64,000 nt of DNA. It comes from Gemmatimonadaceae bacterium. Lineage in GTDB: Bacteria; Gemmatimonadota; Gemmatimonadetes; Gemmatimonadales; Gemmatimonadaceae. Under the pieces are notes generated by a model, which saw only the letters and a program-made list of their open reading frames with translations, was not told where the DNA came from and searched no databases. This document shows, piece after piece, positions 58,878 through 64,000 of this stretch. The stretch covers positions 160,001-224,000 of the forward strand of contig JBJMOW010000005.1 of the NCBI GenBank assembly GCA_045803545.1. Direction: 5' to 3'. Numbering within the stretch: position 1 is the stretch's first letter; each line of letters starts with the position of its first letter. The translations under genes were made by a program, and so were the position numbers.

Positions 58878-59174
58878 TCAGTCCTTCCGCTTTGCCGGCG
58901 GCAACCACGGTCTGATCTCGCTTCCGAGCCGGCGCATCGACGCGGCTAGATCCTCGCCGCCCTCTCGCGCATCAAACAGTTCGTCCGTAATGGACAGGGC
59001 AGCGAGAATTGCGGCTTTCTGAGTCTCGACGATGTTTCCGGCCCGCATCGTCTCGCGAATGATCTTGTCGACGTGCTCCGCCACTGCGCGGGTGCGCTCA
59101 GGGCTGGCATCGCTGCGAATCGAGTATTCGTCCCCGAGAATGCTGACTTTGACGACGTTCTTTTTCGAGCTCAA
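58878..59174 (-). CDS. zapA: Cell division protein ZapA
   Basis: VKVSILGDEYSIR, AILAALSITDEL; typical pheT-(zapB)-zapA-rny order. Confidence 0.88.
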   Translation of the reverse strand: MSSKKNVVKVSILGDEYSIRSDASPERTRAVAEHVDKIIRETMRAGNIVETQKAAILAALSITDELFDAREGGEDLAASMRRLGSEIRPWLPPAKRKD

Positions 59175-59467
59175 CGGGCCGCCGCTCCGTCGTGCTGCTG
59201 TCTCAGGAATCGAACCCTGTCGATCATCTGCTGAGTCCGCGCACGCGCAGCTTCGAGTCGCTTGCTAAGGCCGGCGTTCTCCCGTTCGAGGAACTGCATT
59301 CGCTCCGGAGAAGCGACGCCTTTCACTCCGGTCTCGCCGAGTGACTTGAGCCTCGCCTCTGCCTGAAGCGCGCGGCGACGGAAGGAGGCGAGCTCATCTC
59401 CCAGGTGTTTTACCAGCTGTTCCAGCTCCGCAAACGCGGCTACTTCAGGACGTGCGCTGTCTGACAC
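59171..59467 (-). CDS. Small coiled-coil protein (ZapB-like position)
   Basis: Coiled-coil sequence (LERENAGLSKRLE); GTG at 59467 with GGAG upstream. Confidence 0.7.
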   Translation of the reverse strand: MSDSARPEVAAFAELEQLVKHLGDELASFRRRALQAEARLKSLGETGVKGVASPERMQFLERENAGLSKRLEAARARTQQMIDRVRFLRQQHDGAAAR

Positions 59468-61859
59468 CCAGTTCTCCTTCAAGTGCTTTTACGATTTTCG
59501 CCGTGCGTTCCTGGACTTCTTTGTCCTTTAGTGTGCGCTCCGAGTCCCTGAAGGTCAACGCCCACGCAAGACTACGCGAGCCTTCAGGAATACCCTGACC
59601 GATGAACTCGTCGAACAAAGTGAGTGTCTCCAACAGCTTGCCTGCTTCCTTGCGAATGACTCCTTCGATTTGGGCTGCCGTCACATTGGTGGCCGCAATC
59701 AGCGCCAGATCAACCTGCGCCCTCGGTGTCGCGGGAATCGCTTCGTATTTGCGTGCTTTGCCGGCGCTCTGCGACAGCGCCTCGAGATTTATCTCGAAGC
59801 CGAATGCCGGGTGTGCCCACACTGGAGCGTCGAGAGTCAGGCGACGCGCGGAGCCAATGCTCGTACCGTCGGCCTTCACGTCCCAAAGAGTTTCACCACT
59901 CCCAGGCACCAGCTCGATGCGCGCGTATGGATAGGCGACTGACGCAGTGCGCTCCGCCAGGAATTTGATGTCCCAGTCGTCGTAACTCGGTTGAATCGCC
60001 TTGGTGAAATGGGTCGGCGAACGCTGTCCCATCACCAGCGCTGCAACGTGCATCTCCTCGTGTGGCAGCGCGGCGAGCTTCGGGCCCGGCGCCGACGCGT
60101 TGTTTCCCGAAGCAAAGAACGCAGTTCCGATCTCGAACAGCCGCACGTTGCCCTGCATGCGCGCCAGATTGTACTCGGCGCGACCGATCAGCGTCGTCAG
60201 AAGATCGCCGCGTAAATACGCTTCGTCTTCCGCGAGCGGGTTGGTGACACGCACCGTTCCGCCCTTGTTGGATGAGACGAACGGCATTGGTCGAACCTCG
60301 TTCAGTCCAGCACCGACCAGAGCTTCCTGCAATCGTTCCGTGACGGCGACCAGCGGTGCATCGGGAACCGCGCTCGCCCGGAAGGGGCGCAGCTCCGATG
60401 AGAATGTGTCGTAGCCGCGCAGGCGCGCGACCTCTTCGGTGAGATCGACATCGGCTTTCACATCGTGGCGCCAGCTGGGTGGCGTCACCTTGATGACTTC
60501 CTTCGCTTCGGGCGCGATTCTGAATCCGACTGAGCGCAGGTTCTTCTCGACCTCACCGATATCAACGCTTTCGCCGAGCAGGCGGTTCACCCGAGCGAGC
60601 TTGAGCGAAACCGGCTGAGGCCGCTTCGGGAGCGGATACAGATCGATCGGGCTACCCTGCGGGATGCCGCCGGCAACGGAGAGAATCAGCCGCACCGCGT
60701 AGTCGACGAGGCCTGGAATGGCATCGACATCGACGCCACGCTCGAAGCGATAGCTCGCATCAGTCGTGAGGTTAAGGCGACGCCTCGTCGCGCGAACACG
60801 CGCGGGGTCGAACGCCGCGACCTCGAGGAAGATTTCGGTTGTCTCGTCGGTAACCTCACTGCCATGGCCGCCGATGATTCCACCGATCGCCTGGGCGCGT
60901 TCAGCATCTCCGATCACGATCCCGCCGGGGGGCAGCGTGCGGTCGACGCCGTCGAGAGTTTTGATCAACTCTTCACCGCGTGTTTTGCGAACGACGATGG
61001 TGTCGCGTGCGAGTTTCTCCAGATCGAACGCGTGCATCGGCTGACCGAAACCGTGCAGCATGTAGTTGGTGACGTCGACTACGTTGTTGATCGAGCGAAG
61101 TCCAACCGATTGTAATCGCCGCACCAGCCAATCCGGACTCGGCGCGACCTTTAAACCGGTGACGACCGCGCCGGCGTAACGAACGCAGCCTTCGGTATCC
61201 TCGAGCCGAACAGTGACATCTCCGACCTTGCCGGAGGTCGCTTTCACGGTGTGGGTGCGGATGACAAAATTCTTTTCGCCGGCAATCTCCGGGCGCGTCA
61301 GCCCTTCACCGGTGGCGGCGGCGATCTCGCGCGCGAGGCCTTCGTGAGACAATAGGTCCGGCCGATTCGGCAGCACGTCGATAACGAGCCGAGTGTCACC
61401 CAGCGGCATCACGTCGAGCAGTCTCGTCCCGGGTTCAGCGCTGAGAGAGAGCGCCATAATCCCTTCCTGATCCTGACCAAGTCCCAGCTCGCGCGCAGAG
61501 CACAACATGCCCTCTGAGGTCTCGCCACGAATTTTTTTCTTCTCGATCTTGAGACCACCCGGAAGGGTTGATCCAACCGGCGCGAACGGGTAAAGCGTGT
61601 CCGCGGCGACGTTCTGTGCGCCGCACACGACTTCACGCAGCGTCCCGCCGCCCGCGTCGACCTTCGTCAGCCAGAGATGATCCGAGTTGGGATGCCGTTT
61701 AACCTCCACCACCCGACCGACGACGACGTCGCGCAGATCATCCCGCAATGAGACGACATCGTCGACCGTCGCGCACCGCGACGTCAGGAGATCTCGCAGC
61801 TCGGTCGGGGTCAGCTGGAACGGGACGAACGTCCGTAACCACTCGTACGAGGCGTTCAT
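59445..61859 (-). CDS. pheT: Phenylalanine--tRNA ligase beta subunit
   Basis: MNASYEWL, VVCGA, SEGMLCS, PNRPDLLS, FERGVD, EEVARL.GY. Start at ATG 61859, overlapping the pheS stop. Confidence 0.97.
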   Translation of the reverse strand: MNASYEWLRTFVPFQLTPTELRDLLTSRCATVDDVVSLRDDLRDVVVGRVVEVKRHPNSDHLWLTKVDAGGGTLREVVCGAQNVAADTLYPFAPVGSTLPGGLKIEKKKIRGETSEGMLCSARELGLGQDQEGIMALSLSAEPGTRLLDVMPLGDTRLVIDVLPNRPDLLSHEGLAREIAAATGEGLTRPEIAGEKNFVIRTHTVKATSGKVGDVTVRLEDTEGCVRYAGAVVTGLKVAPSPDWLVRRLQSVGLRSINNVVDVTNYMLHGFGQPMHAFDLEKLARDTIVVRKTRGEELIKTLDGVDRTLPPGGIVIGDAERAQAIGGIIGGHGSEVTDETTEIFLEVAAFDPARVRATRRRLNLTTDASYRFERGVDVDAIPGLVDYAVRLILSVAGGIPQGSPIDLYPLPKRPQPVSLKLARVNRLLGESVDIGEVEKNLRSVGFRIAPEAKEVIKVTPPSWRHDVKADVDLTEEVARLRGYDTFSSELRPFRASAVPDAPLVAVTERLQEALVGAGLNEVRPMPFVSSNKGGTVRVTNPLAEDEAYLRGDLLTTLIGRAEYNLARMQGNVRLFEIGTAFFASGNNASAPGPKLAALPHEEMHVAALVMGQRSPTHFTKAIQPSYDDWDIKFLAERTASVAYPYARIELVPGSGETLWDVKADGTSIGSARRLTLDAPVWAHPAFGFEINLEALSQSAGKARKYEAIPATPRAQVDLALIAATNVTAAQIEGVIRKEAGKLLETLTLFDEFIGQGIPEGSRSLAWALTFRDSERTLKDKEVQERTAKIVKALEGELGVRQRTS

Positions 61860-62884
61860 CGCGAAATCTGATAGAGGAACCGCACATCGGAGTCGTAAAG
61901 AATCCGGATGTCGGGGATGTCGTACCGAAGCATCGCTATGCGCGCGGGACCCATGCCGAAAGCCCAGCCGGTGTACTTGTCCGCGTCGAGACCGGCGGCG
62001 TTGATGACAGATGGGTGCACCATTCCCGAGCCGAGTATCTCCATCCAGCCGGTGCCCTTGCAACTGGCGCAGCCGGAGCCATGACACAGCTGACACTCGA
62101 CATCCATTTCAGCGGATGGCTCGGTGAACGGGAAATAGCTCGGACGGAAGCGCGTCCTGGTCTTGCCGAAGAAGCGATTTGCAAAATGAACGAGCGTCGC
62201 CTTTAAATCGACGAAACTCACTCCTTCATCGATTGCCAGCCCCTCGATCTGGGCGAACATCGGCGCGTGCGACGCATCGAAGAAGTCGCGACGATAGGCG
62301 TTTCCCGGGCTAAGGATGCGAATCGGCGGCTTGTACTTCTGCATCGTGCGGATCTGCACCGGTGAGGTGTGCGTGCGGAGCAGCACACTCTCGCTCAGAT
62401 ACAATGTGTCGTGAAGATCGAGCGCTGGATGGTCGGGCGGGAAGTTGAGCGCCGTGAAGTTGTACCACTCCGTCTCCGCTTCCGGGCCCATCGCGATCGT
62501 GAAGCCGAGCTCGCGGAAGATGTCCTGGATTTCCTCGATGACGAGCGTCACCGGGTGCTTCGAGCCGAGCCACTGACGGCGCGCCGGCATGGTGAGATCG
62601 ACACTCTTCTTCGACGTGCTCGCGGCATCGAGCTGCCGCCGCCGGTCGTCGAGCGCCGCTTCGAGCTTCTGCTTGACGGCGTTGATCAGCGAACCGCCTT
62701 CACGCAGGTCGGCCGGCGAGAGAGAGGGCAGTTGCTTGAACAGCTCAGGCAGCCGACCGGACTTTCTGCCGAGCAGCGTGGTGCGCGCTTCTTCGAGCAG
62801 CGTCGCCGTCGTGGCGGCGTCGATCAACTTCTCGCCGTCGGTTGCAATGGCAGTGACTTGTTGCTGGAATTCAGAAAGAGTCAC
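61856..62884 (-). CDS. pheS: Phenylalanine--tRNA ligase alpha subunit
   Basis: LRTHTSPVQ, FRPSYFPFTEPS, GWMEILGSG. Confidence 0.98.
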   Translation of the reverse strand: MTLSEFQQQVTAIATDGEKLIDAATTATLLEEARTTLLGRKSGRLPELFKQLPSLSPADLREGGSLINAVKQKLEAALDDRRRQLDAASTSKKSVDLTMPARRQWLGSKHPVTLVIEEIQDIFRELGFTIAMGPEAETEWYNFTALNFPPDHPALDLHDTLYLSESVLLRTHTSPVQIRTMQKYKPPIRILSPGNAYRRDFFDASHAPMFAQIEGLAIDEGVSFVDLKATLVHFANRFFGKTRTRFRPSYFPFTEPSAEMDVECQLCHGSGCASCKGTGWMEILGSGMVHPSVINAAGLDADKYTGWAFGMGPARIAMLRYDIPDIRILYDSDVRFLYQISR

Positions 62885-62917
62885 GTAGAGTCAGCGTACG
62901 GGTAGGCGCGGCTGCAG

Positions 62918-62974
62918 AAAACAAAAGGACTCTACCGCGCGGTTTTCAGATTAGCGCCGGTAGAGTCCCTTTTG
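62918..62974 (-). terminator. Intrinsic terminator after rplT
   Basis: GGACTCTACCG...CGGTAGAGTCC stem followed by TTTTGTTTT on the minus strand. Confidence 0.8.
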
Positions 62975-62990
62975 AATCCTTGCGAGAATT

Positions 62991-63353
62991 TTACGCGGCG
63001 TCCAATGCAGATCTCGCCCTTTCGGCGAGAGCGGTAAACGCTTCGGCATCGTTGACGGCGATGTCGGCAAGAATCTTACGGTCGATCTCGACACCGGCTT
63101 TCTTGAGTCCGCTCATGAAGACCGAATACGACATCCCGTTCTGGTGTGCCCCCGCGTTGATGCGGATGATCCAGAGCTTGCGGAAATCGCGCTTCTTGTT
63201 CTTGCGATCGCGATAGGCATACTTCCAGCCGCGTTCGACGTTCTCCTTCGCCGGTCTCCAAAGTTTGCTGCGGGCGCCAAAGGCACCGCGCGCAGCTTTC
63301 ATTACCTGTTTCTTGCGCTTGAGTCGCGCGACGTTTGATCTAACGCGTGGCAT
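62991..63353 (-). CDS. rplT: 50S ribosomal protein L20
   Basis: [29 protein letters not shown]. Confidence 0.98.
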   Translation of the reverse strand: MPRVRSNVARLKRKKQVMKAARGAFGARSKLWRPAKENVERGWKYAYRDRKNKKRDFRKLWIIRINAGAHQNGMSYSVFMSGLKKAGVEIDRKILADIAVNDAEAFTALAERARSALDAA

Positions 63354-63364
63354 TGATGTTTCCT

Positions 63365-63562
63365 CTAAGCCTGCAGCAGGCGCTTGAGATGCTTCATCTC
63401 GCCTGAAGTGTGAATGTCAGATGGCCGACGCAGACGACGCTTTCTCTTCGACGTCTTCTTCGTCAGGATGTGGCTCTTGAACGCTCTCATGCGTTTGATC
63501 TTTCCAGAACCGGTGATCTTGAAGCGCTTTCTGGCTCCTTTGTGAGCCTTCATTTTCGGCAT
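63365..63562 (-). CDS. rpmI: 50S ribosomal protein L35
   Basis: [26 protein letters not shown]. Confidence 0.97.
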   Translation of the reverse strand: MPKMKAHKGARKRFKITGSGKIKRMRAFKSHILTKKTSKRKRRLRRPSDIHTSGEMKHLKRLLQA

Positions 63563-63590
63563 TGCTTTTTCCCTTTATGTCGGTCTCGCG

Positions 63591-64000
63591 TCACTTCGGC
63601 GAGAGAATCATCGTCATGAACTTCCCTTCGAACTTCGCGTCGGTCTCGATCTTGGCGACGTCGGACAATTCCTGAGCGACGCGCGTCACAACCTGTCGAC
63701 CCAGCTCGGGGTGGGCAATCTGCCTGCCCCTGAACATCAGCGTGATCTTCACCTTGTTCCCTTCCTGGATGAACTCCCGCGCGTGGCGGGTCTTGGTCAT
63801 GAAGTCGTGCTCCTCGATGCCGGGGCGGAACTTCACTTCCTTGAGGTGAATCACGTGCTGCTTTTTCTTCGCCTGGCGAGCCATCTTGGCTTGCTCGAAT
63901 TTGAACTTCCCGTAGTCCATGATGCGGGCAACGGGCGGCCTCGCCATTGGTGCTACTTCGACCAGATCCAACCCCTGCTCGATTGCGGCAGCGAGCGCGG
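63591..64000 (-). CDS. infC: Translation initiation factor IF-3 (5' end outside the window)
   Basis: DLVEVAP, IMDYGKFKFE, KEVKFRP, MFRGRQ; the frame stays open to the window edge. Confidence 0.96.
   Translation of the reverse strand, partial: ALAAAIEQGLDLVEVAPMARPPVARIMDYGKFKFEQAKMARQAKKKQHVIHLKEVKFRPGIEEHDFMTKTRHAREFIQEGNKVKITLMFRGRQIAHPELGRQVVTRVAQELSDVAKIETDAKFEGKFMTMILSPK

Noticed and set aside
59445..62096. Extended N-termini given by the ORF track for pheT (likewise trpF, purL, guaA, lysA, pnp)
   Set aside because: The extensions overlap upstream genes or lack family similarity; downstream starts match family N-termini or stop-start coupling.

Overview
A GC-rich, gene-dense bacterial chromosome segment made up mostly of housekeeping genes. 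It is probably Gemmatimonadota, inferred from gene order, protein style and the tmRNA tag ANNNLALAA; this was not verified by search. From left to right it holds: an HD-GYP/HEAT-repeat pair coupled to trpC-trpF-trpB; lexA sitting in the opposite orientation between trpC and trpD; a ~17 kb plus-strand run (truA, degenerate transaldolase, HtrA, purB, purC, psd, pssA, purS, purQ, purL, purF, ppdK, GT4, deacetylase, flippase-like protein); an accessory patch beside tmRNA (split DsbD, DUF421, small hypothetical, TPR-TonB protein, HAF-repeat lipoprotein); then dusB, a PTS IIA gene, and long minus-strand core operons (guaA, lysA, proS, hisS, folC, accD, rodA, mrdA, mreDCB, ald, M16 peptidase, pnp, rpsO, xseA, folD, rny, zapA, pheT, pheS, rplT, rpmI, infC). 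No integrase, transposase, CRISPR array, rRNA or tRNA was seen. The most notable signals are: (1) two TTCGG-N6-TTCGG direct-repeat boxes lying over a predicted lexA promoter, a candidate SOS box; (2) a transaldolase homologue lacking its catalytic residues; (3) a family of ~260-280 bp palindromic elements built from 18-bp subrepeats with shared termini, plus heptamer repeats; (4) a GT4 + deacetylase + flippase-like trio suggesting an aminosugar-lipid pathway; (5) a proline-rich mini-ORF bridging hisS and proS; (6) a HEAT/HD-GYP pair sharing an N-terminal domain.
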